DNA from: Takakia lepidozioides | Taxonomy: Eukaryota > Plantae > Bryophyta | DNA: 64,000 nucleotides | Reading direction: 5' to 3' | Assembly: GCA_030704615.1 (NCBI GenBank) | Contig: CM060731.1 | Location: 35,092,001-35,156,000 of the forward strand | Shown here: piece after piece, positions 1 to 12,976 of the stretch | Layout of the letters: each line of letters opens with the position of its first letter | Numbering within the stretch: position 1 is the stretch's first letter | Notes under the pieces: generated by a model | Databases searched by the model: none | The model's input: the letters and a program-made list of their open reading frames with translations, nothing else | What the model was told of the DNA's origin: nothing | Program-made: the position numbers and the translations under genes

Positions 1-170
1 CAAGACCCAGACGTATGTCGTGTCATGTCCAAATCAAACGTTACCATATATAATTCATGTTCATGTTTTATCTTTAGTAGACTATTTATATGGATACTGA
101 GGTGGTGGATTGACCACGTGGATAAAATTTTATTATATTTAAAAACCCCCAAAAAATAAATATACATGGA

Positions 171-423
171 ACCACCAATATTGGCGGTCACAACATATCA
201 ATTTTTTTAATATTGACGATCGTCCGCATATTTTCTTAAGGCAAAAATATGCAACCACCAATATGGATTTATAAATAAAATAAAATGCTGCGACCATGGT
301 CGCATGCATTGTTTTTAAAAAAATGTTGCTACCACCGAATTGGCGGTCGCAGGCATTTAAGAATGAAAACAAATACGACGATCAGCAATAATTTCTGCGA
401 TTGTATGAATATCGGCGGTCGCA
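171..423. repeat. Cluster of short imperfect palindromes (consensus ~GCGACCRCCAATATTGGCGGTCGC) in AT-rich DNA; probable MITE/DNA-transposon subterminal region
   Basis: accaccaatattggcggt at 171, perfect 16-bp palindrome tgcgaccatggtcgca 289-304, gctaccaccgaattggcggtcgca at 328, atcggcggtcgca ending 423; spaced roughly 40 bp apart by A/T tracts. Confidence 0.5.
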
Positions 424-1298
424 AAGTTTTTTTTTTTTTTTCATTACTTACCTGCCTCCGCCACCGTGTCTGCTCAAGTAACACTTCTTTACTTTTGATT
501 TTTTTTTTGGCTAATATATCCGCCAAACCGGCTTGACATAGATCACGTCAGCGTACGGTCTGACCAACAATGGTGAAGCTAAATGTTGGTGGTACCGCCA
601 AAAATTTATCACCAGATGGATACCCAGACCCATTGTTTGTCATGTTGGTAATATTGGTAATTTCAAAAAAGTCAATATCCACCCAACACTTTCTTGGACT
701 AGTGGGCCAAAAAATATTGCCCAGCTGGTGCAATACTACTTAGTCTGTTCCTCTGATAAGTGAATTAGCAGATGTTGCCTTACTCCTGCTAGCAGATTTT
801 TCATGAGTTCAGGCTACTGAACCTACCCCCACCTTTGAATCTTAGTGCATGCACTTCAAGGCCCAATTCTTGTCACTGGTACGAGCAATGACAACTTAGC
901 AAAGTCAATCTGGGATTGGGATTCAACTATTCCACGACATTGCAATATTGTGAGAGGGAGTAACTACCAAGTTAAGGTTGTCTTTGCAACTGGTCTTGTA
1001 GCCTTTGCAGCCTGCATATAGGTTCTGCTTTGGTGAAAAAGGAGATGTAGTTCTCCCACAGCCTGCACAGTTCCATGAGCAATAACAGGCTCCACTATAG
1101 CTGGTCCCAGATAAAATTATAACATGGTGGCAGTCTGAGTATGTAGTCCTGGTTGCAGGGATTTCAGGCTACCAGGGTATAATATGAGACTCAATCTGAA
1201 ATGCCAAGGTGTCTGTGTACAAGCAAGAATTCAGCTACAGGAAAATTTTGTTTTAATGTACATGCTGGCATGACATCACGCTACAAAGCCACTATGGT

Positions 1299-1530
1299 AG
1301 AGGTAGACTGTGACGCTAGAGATGAGAAATGGAGAGAGTAGCGATAGAGATCATCTCTTCCCTCTGCAGAATGTTTTCCAAACAGAAAAGAATATGAACC
1401 TAGAGGGGAGGGGAAGAGGTAGACTGTGACGCTAGAGATGAGAAATGGAGAGAGTAGCGATAGAGATCATCTCTTCCCTCTGCAGAATGTTTTCCAAACA
1501 GAAAAGAATATGAACCTAGAGGGGAGGGGA
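1299..1530. repeat. Perfect 116-bp tandem duplication
   Basis: 1299-1414 is identical to 1415-1530 (agaggtagactgtgacgc...ggggagggga). Confidence 0.95.
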
Positions 1531-2033
1531 AGTCAAGCATCCCTCACCCTCATGTTCTTCAAACTTGACTTCCTTCCCACACTCATGTGGCAACAAAACC
1601 ACAAAGGTTAGTCTAAATTGTTAGGGTGTCTACCTGTAAAGGTCATCATATACTGCACTGAGGCATGCAAGAGCAGAGAATGTGAGACACATCTCTTCCT
1701 ACCTGAACTTGCAGGCCTTACCAAATGAGAAAGAGGTGCAGCAGTGCAGAGTTCAGGGTCATCACTTTTGAGCCCCTCAGCTGACCATCATGATCAGTCT
1801 TGCTGTGATTGTGCGGATGGGTGCTTTTGGGAAGTCTTAACCCATCGCTTGGGGTACCTAAGGCTGCCACTGTTATGAATTCCCCCACTACCAGGGGCAA
1901 CCCAGATCGAATCCTAGTCCATTTCATGTAAGCTCTCAGTCTCCATTGGGATTTGAAAGCTTACCTCATTCTGCTCCCCTAACCGTCCACCAACTGACCC
2001 CAGCCCAATTGTGTCAGGATCACTTTTGTCACT

Positions 2034-4851
2034 CTAGTAATTGGAAGCTCGAGGATCCTGACTGCCACTCATTTTCTTTCTACTGCTAAAGAAGGTACCG
2101 AGCCTGTTTGATGAGCTGCTCGCAGAGCTTTGAGCATCATCCACCTTTTCAGATGAGGTAGGAGAATATTGGGCCAAGGGAAGAGAAGAGGGCAGTCCTG
2201 CAGATGGCGCAATAGGCTCTGCCCAGAAGTCCACCTTGGACAGGCTTGGCTCGGAGAGGCGAGTGCTCGGCTCAGGTTTTGGTCTGGTAGATTTGACCTC
2301 GGTTGAAGAAGCTCCATTCAATGGGCCTTTACCTTGGATGCTCTCATATCTGTGAGAAGTACCTGCATCCTGTGTCTGCTTGCCACCCACTGAAGCATTC
2401 CTTTCAATGTTGGGCTTCACAGCTCCCTTCCTAATAATGCCTATGCCAAAATCCCCTAGTCCCTGGATGACATTATTCCCCTCATCAACTACAGAACCTC
2501 TACTGTTCTTCGAGTCCAGATTTTGTGCTGTCCTGACAGATCGGGTCGAGGGGCCTATGCCAGATCTATGCAAATTTCTTTCCATCTTTGTTTCAAAGTC
2601 TCGCTGTCCCTTCAGGGTTTTTCCAACTGTTGCTGCAATCAGGTTCAGCTGCTTAGCTTGCTGGTCCTGTAAACCCAACCAACCAAAAATAGAATCAGTT
2701 TTTACCACAGTGCCAGCTCCTTCCCTGCCCAATTCATGTGTCACACACTGCAAAAGTAACATACACATCCAAAGGTGAGACATGCAGGGAAGGGCATGAG
2801 CCTCTGCTTTTCAAAACAGGTGCTACCAGCACTGTTGGCAAGACATCACAAAAAACTCACTTATGATTAGCAGTTCCTAAAGGCTAGCCATGATGGTTTT
2901 CCCCCCCACAGTGCACTTTGCAAAAATGGCGAAGTTGCCAAAGTTCCAAGTAGCCAAAGATTCCAGGTTGTAAACCATCATTCATTTTGCGCCCGTCTGA
3001 ATTAAGGTTGTACGATGTGAAAGCAGGCTATCCTATGTATGACAACAGTGGAGGAGGACATGAGAGTGAACCTGCATGGCAAGGAGAACTTGCTGGATTT
3101 CCTGGAGCTCATTCTCCAGCATGTCTTCACGTTGAGCAAGTGCATTAACCACTTCTGAGGTCTTTTGAGACAGTACTGCTGTCTGCTCCCCAGACCCTCA
3201 TGCATGTAGTCAGGCACTCCCAATGATGTTTCTTCTAAATTTCCATTTTACACAACCCTTTACAAATCCCCCCAGCCCACCTTTCATCTCCACTTTTGGC
3301 CTAACCCACCCCCACCTCTCCTGTACCAAGACGGGAGTGGAAACTCTGAAATACCCCACTCTTGTTGACACCAGACTTCCAAATCATGTCCCCTAATACT
3401 GACCTTGCAAGCTCAAGTGTGTGTGTGCAACGCCTCTCACTTTGTCACCCCAAACTTGACATCATCTTCATGTACAAAGCTGTGTATGCCTATGGCTTCG
3501 CAGAATTCACCAAGCTATGATCATAGCCTTAAAGAAAGCTAAAGCAAACTAGAATCTCTGGATCAGGCAAAACACAAAAAGGTAGGAGCTTGCGCAGCAG
3601 GTCTGTTCCACGGCTGCTGTCCTGTGTTTTGTCCCAGGACCATTCCGCGTAAATTATGCACTAAGACTTGTCCTGGGACTCAATTTGCACCTCTGCTACA
3701 GAGTCAGTTTGGGGCTCATGCTTGAAGAATATGCTCTCGAGACTCGCCAATTAAGATAAGAGCCTAACAAATGTTGCATGTCATGGCCCACAGCCAAGAA
3801 GGGAACAGCAATCAATCAAGAAGAACTAACGTCTGAAGTCAAAGAACCATGGTGCATAGTAGGCAATCCAAAACCACTTACAGCTTGAATTGGATCTCTC
3901 AATGTCCGTCTCGTTACCCGAAATCTCACTCCAAGCTTTTCCAGTTGCCTTGACAAAGCTTGCACAATGGCCAAAGAATTTTGAATGTCCTCCTCCAGTT
4001 TCATAACCCTCTGAGCCAATGTGAAGTCAGAAGAAACTATGTCCTCCCGTCCCCTCTTCCCATTTCGGACGGAAAGCTGCCATTGTCTTGCACGTAAAAT
4101 TGCATTAATCAAAATTGCACCCCACAATGGCAGAACCTGCCAGGTTGAGATTCCCTTCGCAATCACAGGAGCTTCAACTACCTGTACAACACCCTCGTGT
4201 TGTCAACCAACCACCCTCTTGCACATGCTGCTCCTTCCAGATCATGTGATAAAATTATGACAGCAAAGAGCAAATGAGACGCCGGGAATGGAAAAGACAA
4301 CCATTTAAGATAGTACACCCTGATTTCAAGGAACTTACAGGCTTGGTTGAAGAGCTCAGTAGAGTGGAAGTTAAAGAAACAGCGGTCAGGCCAATGCAGA
4401 GACCTTCAGCTACTACCAGCACTCCATTCACATCCCAGTCGCTCCTTTCTGCCACTCTTCGCTGATCCGCTGCTATTGAAACTGCAACCCCAAATGCAAC
4501 CCAGAACTGAAAAATGCACCCCGTTATGAAATTGCATCCCATCGTGCTCAATCAGGTTAACCTTTAACCATCATAGCTAATCCCATGGATCCCACATGCA
4601 ATCTGGACCTCTCCATGATCGCTTCTATACAGATAATACATATGCCAACCTGGAATCCTGCTCTCTATCTGGCGCTTGGTAATTCGGAGTGTGAATCGCT
4701 GTGGAGTGCCAGGTCTTTCCACAGTTTTGAACCCAAAATTTCTGCCGCTGAACAGAGCCTGGTGATGCACTGTCCAAAACGGTGCCGCCCTGCTAGCAAC
4801 CCATGTGACCTTGGATCGATTTCCACACGGACATGGAGCAGATACCCACAT
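2034..4851 (-). CDS. Conserved plant transmembrane/coiled-coil protein (At5g65250-like from memory), 5 exons: 4851-4569, 4481-4339, 4181-3882, 3182-3072, 2666-2034 (489 aa)
   Basis: All four introns are GT-AG with compatible phases; total 1470 nt. The spliced product has LEEDIQNSLAIVQALSRQLEKLGVRFRVTRRTLRDPIQA-TAVLSQKTSEVVNALAQREDMLENELQEIQQVLLAMQ-DQQAKQLNLI. The start codon is the least certain part. Confidence 0.75.
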
Positions 4852-5472
4852 TGTGTAACAGCATGCACAGACACCCACAGTGGCTAGTGGCTACCTCCCC
4901 CAAACCGAGACTTTCCTCTCGAGTAGTAGCCACAGAGCCAGTCCAGAGGGCACCTGGTCAGGGATCCATCCTTACCGCATGCCCCATATGGGCAGCATCG
5001 ATCTTCACGCTCCCCCCCCAGCAAGTATTTCTCATCAAACCATCCGCCCCACCACAATTGGCCGCTTCTATGTCTGGTGGGGCCATTGTAGCACACCCGA
5101 GCTCCCTACTAAGGCCTCGATAGTTCTCCGTGCTGTGTGGAGCACATACTGCACATAGGCGTATGTGGATTTGAACCCAGACCACCTCTTCCATCGATGT
5201 AAGAAAGAACAGTTCGATGTATGAAACAAGTGTCTGTCTTCTCTAATCGGCCTCGCCCAACAGAAAGGATCCCTTCGTCTTCCTCACAATGGTCACATCA
5301 ATTCAAATCCTGTCGAGATGCACTGGGGACGATTGGGCTTGAATGTCTTCGAAGAAATGTTGGGTAAAAGTTTCGGGGAGGTCGTGATGGAGCAGTTGTA
5401 GACTTCAGGGTTGGGTTATCAGAGGCTGAGGAAGGTGCGGGTTTGCCCCTGCACTTGCCTAAGGATTAAGTG

Positions 5473-8400
5473 ATGGCATTGCAATCAGCACGCCGTGTGT
5501 CGTCTTTGTTGCGTCGTGCCCTTCATTCGAGCTCCTGCACTACATCACTCTCAAGATCCGGTAACCAAGTGGCTGCTGGCTGTATCCGGATTCCATTGTT
5601 TTCTCCCTACTCATCTTGCCCAATATTGCAAGATCAAGATGCATGTGATAGTGTCATTCCGAAGCGGTCCTTTTGTTCGAGTGGGGGTGGGGCTATCCGT
5701 GTAACGCTGTTTCCAGGAGATGGCATTGGGCCCGAGATCGCGGCCTCTGTGGAGCAGGTAGCCGTCAATTCATAATGAAATTCGGTTATGAAATTTGTAT
5801 GCATCACGAAAATAATGTCCGCTCTGACCCTCAGGTAGTCTTCCATCATTTTATCTCTGTAATGTCAATGTGAGACCTTAATTCTCCAACATTTTTCACC
5901 TGTTTGTGCGAGGGTTCTTCCACCACATGTATGAAACATACCACGTAGGAGTTCTGTGAAAGACGTTATGTGATTTCGGTTCACAAGAACAAGAGAGCGA
6001 GCAAATGAAGCGGTCCATGGATGCAGGTATTCAAGGCTGTAAAGGTACCGGTCGAGTGGGAGGAGCATTTTGTGAGCACCAAAGTAGATCAACGCACGGG
6101 CAGCTTCATTACATGGGATAGCATGGAGTCAGTGCGCAGAAATGGCATAGGGTTGAAGGGTCCAATGGCAACGCCAATTGGAAAGGGTCACAAATCCCTG
6201 AATCTGACCTTGAGGAAGGAGCTGGGGCTTTATGCGAATGTGAGACCATGCCTGAGCTTCCCTGGGTACAAGACCCGCTATGACAATGTGGATCTGGTTA
6301 CCATTCGGGAAAACACAGAGGGCGAGTACAGTGGCTTGGAACATCAGGTGGGCTTTCCACCCTCAGAAAACACCCATTCTGTCCTCACTTTTTTTTGCAG
6401 GAATTGGGAGAGGTCCCAAAGAACTTATTCATTTGGAAACAAATCTCAGTACAGGGGTATGCACACATTACACTAGGATTGGCAATTCTTATCTGTGGTA
6501 CTGGACCAGATTTTATGTAATGTGCATGCTCAGTGTTTTGGATTCTCAGTGGTCCTCATTGCTCTTCAGCTATCCGAGAATGAAGAGTTATTGAGAGAGG
6601 GTTGGAAGAACCCCTTGAGGTTCTTGGGGTTCTTGGGGACGTGGAACCATACATTGACGTAGAGGAGAAAAGGTTAATCTGCGGGTGGTGATGGCCTTTT
6701 AGAGGGCATCATGACCATGCAGCAAGTGACACAGTTTGATTCAGAGCAATGTTGTCTCCGAATTTCCATGTGATTTGACATGGAATCACATTTTTATTTG
6801 GAAAAGGTTCAGAGTTTGAAAGGAATCCAGTTGAAAAAGTCTTGCTGAGTGTCAAGGTGTTCATTCTTGTTCTTTTCTACATGGGTGCCACATCTAGGTG
6901 CAACATTTGATTTTGCGATTTGCGTGTTTTAGGTGAGACTTGGATTAAGGCACAAATTGGAGAGAATCACATAATGAAGGGTGCTTATCATGGATGCCAG
7001 GTTGTGAAGGGTATTGTGGAGAGCTTGAAAATCATCACTCGGCAGGCCAGCATGCGTGTTGCTGAGTATGCGTTCCACTATGCGAAGCTTCATAATAGGA
7101 AGCGCGTGTCTGCCATACACAAAGCCAACATCATGAAGAAGACTGATGGATTGTTCTTGCAGGTGGGTACCTCAGCATTGATATTCATATTTAGTGTGCT
7201 CACAATGTGATGGTGTTGATTTTGCATCTTTTGCAATATTTTCCTTTGTCATGCACCTTTATCGAAGGCTGATTCATCAAGTCAACTGCTGTTAAAGGGA
7301 CACTGTTGATCTTGCCATGATGTCCTCAAATGATCAATTATAGTCGCTTTCTGGTCTTCAATTTAGACCTGATGTTGAACCTTGTAATGTGGGCAGTGCT
7401 GTCGTGAAGTGTCTGAGAAGTATTCTGACATTGTCTATGAGGAGGTGATCATTGACAATTGCTGCATGATGGTATATTTCCTTTTTTCAACTCAGCTTGA
7501 GATTTCAGTTCTTGGTTTCTTTTCCATCCTAGCCACAGGGACTTGAGCCTCAAAAGTCTTGGGGAAGCTCTGTCCAGCGGGTGTACTTTCAATAAAGAGC
7601 GCATGGCCTTGAAAGCTTTGCACTTAATATTTGGCGTGGGTTGTCTGCAGAAACCTGGACACTTGTCTCTTTTTTGAGACCAAGCCAGGTGAGTGTCAGC
7701 TCAATTTATGTGATTGCACTTGAGTTTCATGGAGTAGCATCTGCTTTTTCCCGTGGTCTGCAGCTGACTATCTAAGGCCTGGTCTTAGTCAGTGACCTGA
7801 TGAGCGACCTTGGTTGGGCCAGGGAAGCCAGAGAGTTGTAGAAACTTGTCCTCGCATGGATGGACTTTTTATCCGGTCTGTAGGTTGTAGGTTCCCTTGG
7901 ATTTGTGGGAGCCCCAAAGTTCTTATGTAGTAAATCTCAAGCAAGCTACAGGGACTCAATGTTACACCTAATCCTTTCTGCAACCTTTTCAACATCTTTC
8001 GCTAGATGTGGTCGAGATCTTAGAATGCTAGACATGCATATGCCTGAAACTGTGGCAGTGATTATGATTTCTTTTCATTGAAGTTGTTTGCAGCCAGCTT
8101 GATAAGGTTGGGTGGGAATGCATGGTGTGGCAGCTGGTGAAAAATCCTTCTTTGTTTGATGTGTTAGTGATGCCGAACCTGTACGGTGACATAATCAGCG
8201 ATCTGTGTGCTGGTCTGATTGGAGGCTTGGGCCTGACACCCAGGCAGGTTCTCTTCCTCCTCCAGCCTGTGAGCAAAACTCTGTAATCATGGATTCATTT
8301 TGAGGGGCATTTCAACTTTGTAGGGAAAGGTGGTAAAATATTGAATTTTCTCAGGCTTGTTCTGTATCCATTTACCAGTCTTACTCCAAGTATGCAGGCT

Positions 8401-9041
8401 GGTTGCCTTCCATCCTGCCAGTCTGTGTATGGATGCTTAGAGCAGAGAAAATGATGCGATGCCAAACGCTACCTTGGTTGGGTTAGATTCCTGGTTGTAA
8501 TACTGGGGAAAACCCTGAATTTTGTTGGAGCTGCTGTTGGCAAAGAGCCAAGGCAAGGATTGAGCATGATCCAAGGAACCTGAGTGTGGGCATATGTTGC
8601 ATGGGTTGCAGTGGTAATATTGGAGACAATGGGCTGGCCCTTATGGAAGCTGTGCATGGAACAGCTCCAGACATTGCTGGCAAGGTAGGCCTCCTTTCTC
8701 ATGACTTCATTCAAGCAGTCTGGGATCAGAAGCTATCACAGATTATTCAATCTGATATCTGAATTCTTCACCATAGCTGTCTGCTTGCTCTTCGATTGAA
8801 GAGAGGGGACTCAAAAGATGTGGAGGTTGGCTTGGAAAATGGGTGGCAGAATATGGCAAACCCAACGGCACTGCTTTTGAGTTCAGTCATGATGTTACAG
8901 CACCTGGGTTTGAATGGGGAAGCAGACCGGATCCACAAGTCTGTGCTCAAGACAATTGCTGAAGGCAAGTGGCGCACTGGTGATCTGGGAGGCTCTGCCA
9001 GCTGCACTGATTACACAAAAGCTCTGATTGACAATCTTTAG
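5473..9041 (+). CDS. IDH: Mitochondrial NAD-dependent isocitrate dehydrogenase, catalytic (IDH5/6-type) subunit; exons 5473-5757, 6027-6347, 7001-7162, 7397-7471, 8134-8243, 8612-8684, 8850-9041 (405 aa)
   Basis: Motifs [113 protein letters not shown]; R/S/L-rich presequence; exon phases close to 1218 nt. Confidence 0.96.
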
Positions 9042-9311
9042 AGCATTCAGAATACTTTGATTCTTACTGACAGTCATATTGGCTGAGTCCAACCCAGATA
9101 TGTGCTAAGATCTGAAAATGTGCGAATAATTTGGGAAACAAAGTAGTCATGATGCCTTGTCTGATTCAGCTTACACCTGTGCTAGTCTGGTGGACGATGA
9201 CACAATACTGTAACTCATTTTGGAAAGGTTTATCATGGAGGTTGGGAGGAGTTCTCCGCCAGATGCATGGACTCTGCGCAAAAAGAACGTTATCTAGAAT
9301 CATTTTTTTTT

Positions 9312-9805
9312 AATGAACCCTGCTTGCTCAGGACCTCACTAATGGCCATACGTAAACTATTGAAAAATTCCACCGGAAGACCATCTAGTCCAGGAGCCTG
9401 GTTCTGGCTGACACTGTGACCAGCATCACCAAGCTCCATATCAGTGAATGGGCAGTTTAGGAATGAGAGATCACCAGCACTGACCAGAGAAGGGATGGTG
9501 GACAGACAGCAAGCTTGTGCATCCGCAAGTTCAGCCGAGAAAGAAGACTTAGAGAATAAGGAGGTGAAGAAAGATGCTGCAGATGCAGCCATTTGTTTAG
9601 AGGCAGAGGAGAGGGTACCTTCATTGTCCAGCCGAGCAGGTATAGAATTCATCATCTGCCTCTGTTTGGCTTTCAAAAAGTACTTGGTCATCTTCTCTCC
9701 AGCGAGACACCAATTTAGTAACCACCCCCGCGTCATAACCTTATATTTCAAGTGCTCAAACACCCATAACCGGAGGTTCTTTAGAGGGGGAAAATCATAA
9801 GACAA
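9312..9805 (-). mobile_element. L1/Tx1-like LINE ORF2 fragment (linker and start of RT region), antisense
   Basis: W..GEKMTKYFL...FFTSLFS...PFTDMEL...APGLDGLPVEFF. Confidence 0.85.
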
Positions 9806-10054
9806 CTGCCACCGAAGGGTCTTTCACAACTAAGTCACTCATAACCAAAACCGACGGTTCTCTCTGTCAAAGTACAGCCCAACACCAGTTATGACACTGG
9901 TGTAACCATGCATCGGTAATCTGCATTTGACATACGCCTATGTTGAATTGTGTGGTCAACAGAGTTGCAAACAATCGTTAAAAGAAGCTATGAAAGATTC
10001 CGAAGAGACTCAAAGTAGGCCTCACATGCCTTAAGCTGCCTAGTATATGGATCT

Positions 10055-11020
10055 CCATAGCTCTGTTAGTGCTGGATGTCAAAAAGGCTTTTGATAGTAT
10101 GGATCGGGATTTTCTCTCTGGTGTCATGCGGAAGGTCGGCATCCAGGGTCCCTTTCTGGATTGGGTTCATATTCTTCTATACTCGGCATCCTGTAAGGTT
10201 ATGGTGAATGGAGTGGTCTCCAAGTCCTTCCATTTGCAGAGATCGGTAAAACAGGGGTGCCCCCTTGCTCCTTTCCTCTTTCTCTTAGCCGCTGATGCTT
10301 TAGGCCATCTTCTGGCATCTAGAAGAGATATCATTGGGCTTAAGATTCCCACGGATGCTTGTAGTCATGGTGAAATTAAGGTTTCTTTGTGTGCTGATGA
10401 TACTATTCTGTTGATTAACAATTCTTCTAGAGACAACATCAACAGAGCCTGTGAGGCTTTGGGGTTATTCAGGTTGGCTTTGGGTTTGAAAGTTAATTGG
10501 TCCGATCAGTGGGCCTTCTCTCCTCTCTTCCCCCTGGCTCTCAGTTGTTCCACTTCCCCCCATGGGGTCAAGACATGGGTCTCAGATGGCTTCTCCCCGG
10601 GGATTCTCATTCACTACGATTCTCATTCACTACTCGGGAAAGGGCTTTTGACAGGGCTGCGAAAGTGAGCGAATTCCTCTGGAAGGTTGCAAACAGAATT
10701 TTACCTATCAATCATTTTATTCCCCAGTTTCCACTTCTATGTGCTTCACCTACTCCTGAATTTGTCGAGTACTGTCTTTGGGCGTGTCTCTTTCCTGATA
10801 AGGTTTGGAGGCTAGTCATGTCCTTCTATGCTAAGTGGAATCTGTTACCTCTCTCACAATTTGGTTACCCCTTCTGAATTTGCACAATGGCTCCTTGTGG
10901 AGCAACTGCCCTGTTTGGGCTTGTTTGCATGCCCATACCCTGTGGCAACTCTGGAAAGCAAAACGTAGATTTATCTTTGAGGGTTCCCACCCCAGCATCA
11001 GATTAGTTATGCAAAGGTAG
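10055..11020 (+). mobile_element. L1/Tx1-like LINE ORF2 fragment (RT core and C-terminal zinc region), degenerate
   Basis: LDVKKAFDS, VKQGCPLAPFLFLLA, LCADDT, FLWKVANRILP, EYCLWAC, LWQLWK. Confidence 0.88.
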
Positions 11021-11431
11021 CTGGCCTAGCCAATATGCTCAGCTAGTTGCTATGATTCCTATGTCTTACGGAGGAAGCCTTGGCTTAGCTCTTTCTGGGA
11101 TCCCAGCCAGTGGGAAGAGGTTCAATGAGATGGATGCCCATTCTGGTGAACTTTTCTTTTGTATCCTACTTGGTATTGTTCTGTGTCTTAGGTTTGAATC
11201 CTCACGCTGTATACAACTCTCGGTTGAACCTCATTGTAAAGGATTAGAGAGAGGGATAAGCAGGATAGCAGGCATGAATTAGGCACGTGCTGGCGATGGT
11301 AGTACTTTTGTGATTGATTTCTTGGCATTAGCTTAACATGCTCAACTGACACAGCATCACCTGCAAGATCAAAGACGATACGTAAGCAAGACATTGATTT
11401 AGATCAAAAAACTTATGAGAAAAAAAATTAT

Positions 11432-12390
11432 TATGTTCACAGAGGCCCAATGGGCCCAAGGGATGTCCACAAGTAGAATTACAACCAAGAGGAGAGAATG
11501 TACTCATAAGACGTTGTTTGCCGTAGCCTTGTGGCCATTGACCCCGCGCTCAGTTTGAGCAACACAAAGGGACAGAAACTACCTTTGTCAGGCGCTGACA
11601 CTGGTAGTATGACTTACCTTGAAACAGACAAAACCAAGAGGAGAGAATGTACTCATGAGACATTGTTTGCCGTAGCCCTGGCCATTGACCTCGCGCCCAG
11701 TTTGAGCGGAACACAAAGGGACAGAACCTACCTTTGTCCGGGGCTGACGCCGGTGGTAGTAAGACTTACCTTGGAATAAACAATTGATCGGGTTTTCCAG
11801 ATATCCTCTAGAAATCCCTTTACACAAGCATCAACCTGCTGTGTGTGGTTTGCCCAATAACTAGGCTTTTGGCTCAGCCTCGAGACTTTCAAAGTTGGTA
11901 AACAGAGGTACAGGCACAATTCCCTATATAGATTTGAAGAGAGCGTCTCTCTGGTGAGAGAACCGCAGACAATGACTCAGAAAATGAATATTGTCTTCAG
12001 GCCCACACAAAGGGCAATTGCAATCTCCCTTACCTCTCTCTGCTGTTTGCTGTTCAAAGGTAGGCTTCCCGGGCTGAGTTTAAATTTCAGTCTAGTGCCG
12101 ATAGTGGGTAGACCCTTGAGGTCATCCATGATGTCCTCCCCCATGTCACAGACTGGAAACAAGTTCAGGAAAGTTTTCTGCCTAACTTCATTTTCATCAG
12201 ACAACAGACATGGCTTTGGACACTACAGCCTCGAAGTCAGATTTATCCACAAGGGTCAAGACTTGCGGGCTAAGATTCAAATCCTTGAGAATCTCTTCTA
12301 CTCTCTTCCACCAGGACTTAGCCTGTTTGACAGGGCGATCCTGCTTCAAAGATGTAGAGTCGATTAACTTAGGATATCTGATGTTGAACA
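11432..12390 (-). mobile_element. 5'-truncated RTEX-like LINE (3' end of ORF and 3' UTR) with an internal 149-bp duplication
   Basis: Near-identical to 62105-62880; aaccaagaggagagaatgtactcat recurs at 11483 and 11632. Confidence 0.85.
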
Positions 12391-12976
12391 TACGTTACAG
12401 CTGGGGTAATTCAGCTGGGATGCTTACTTCTCAGTATTGGAATTGGAGATAGGCCGTACGATCCTCAGGTACTGTGGGGCAATGAATGCACATATTAGTT
12501 TATAACCACCTTAAAATGTGACTGAGTGATCATATGTTCAGCAGATGACAGGAACTCTGGTGGATAGGCAAAGATTAGCTTTACCTTGATACGGCTGTTG
12601 TGGGAGATAAGTCCTGGGACTTCAGTCTTAATCCTTCAAATGAAAATTTTGTATAGTCAGCTTCATATTGTGGCCGGGTGTTCCACCACATGATGTCAGG
12701 CCCTTCAACTAGAAAATTTGGTTTAATGAAATCTAACCAAATGGAAATATGCATTTTGTTTCACAGAGAGCTTAGCACGTGACTGCTCTTAGAGTTTGAC
12801 CTTCTAGTTTCATGTGACTGGCTAAGTCCCTAGGATTGGCAGGACTTAGACTGTCATCAAATGAAACAAATCATCAGTTTCATTTTTCCTAGTTGCTTGA
12901 ATGATGATGACAAATACTGACTCTTTCTTCCCTCACCTTTGAAGGGCCACCCACCATTTCATGCCTGTCACTTGTT

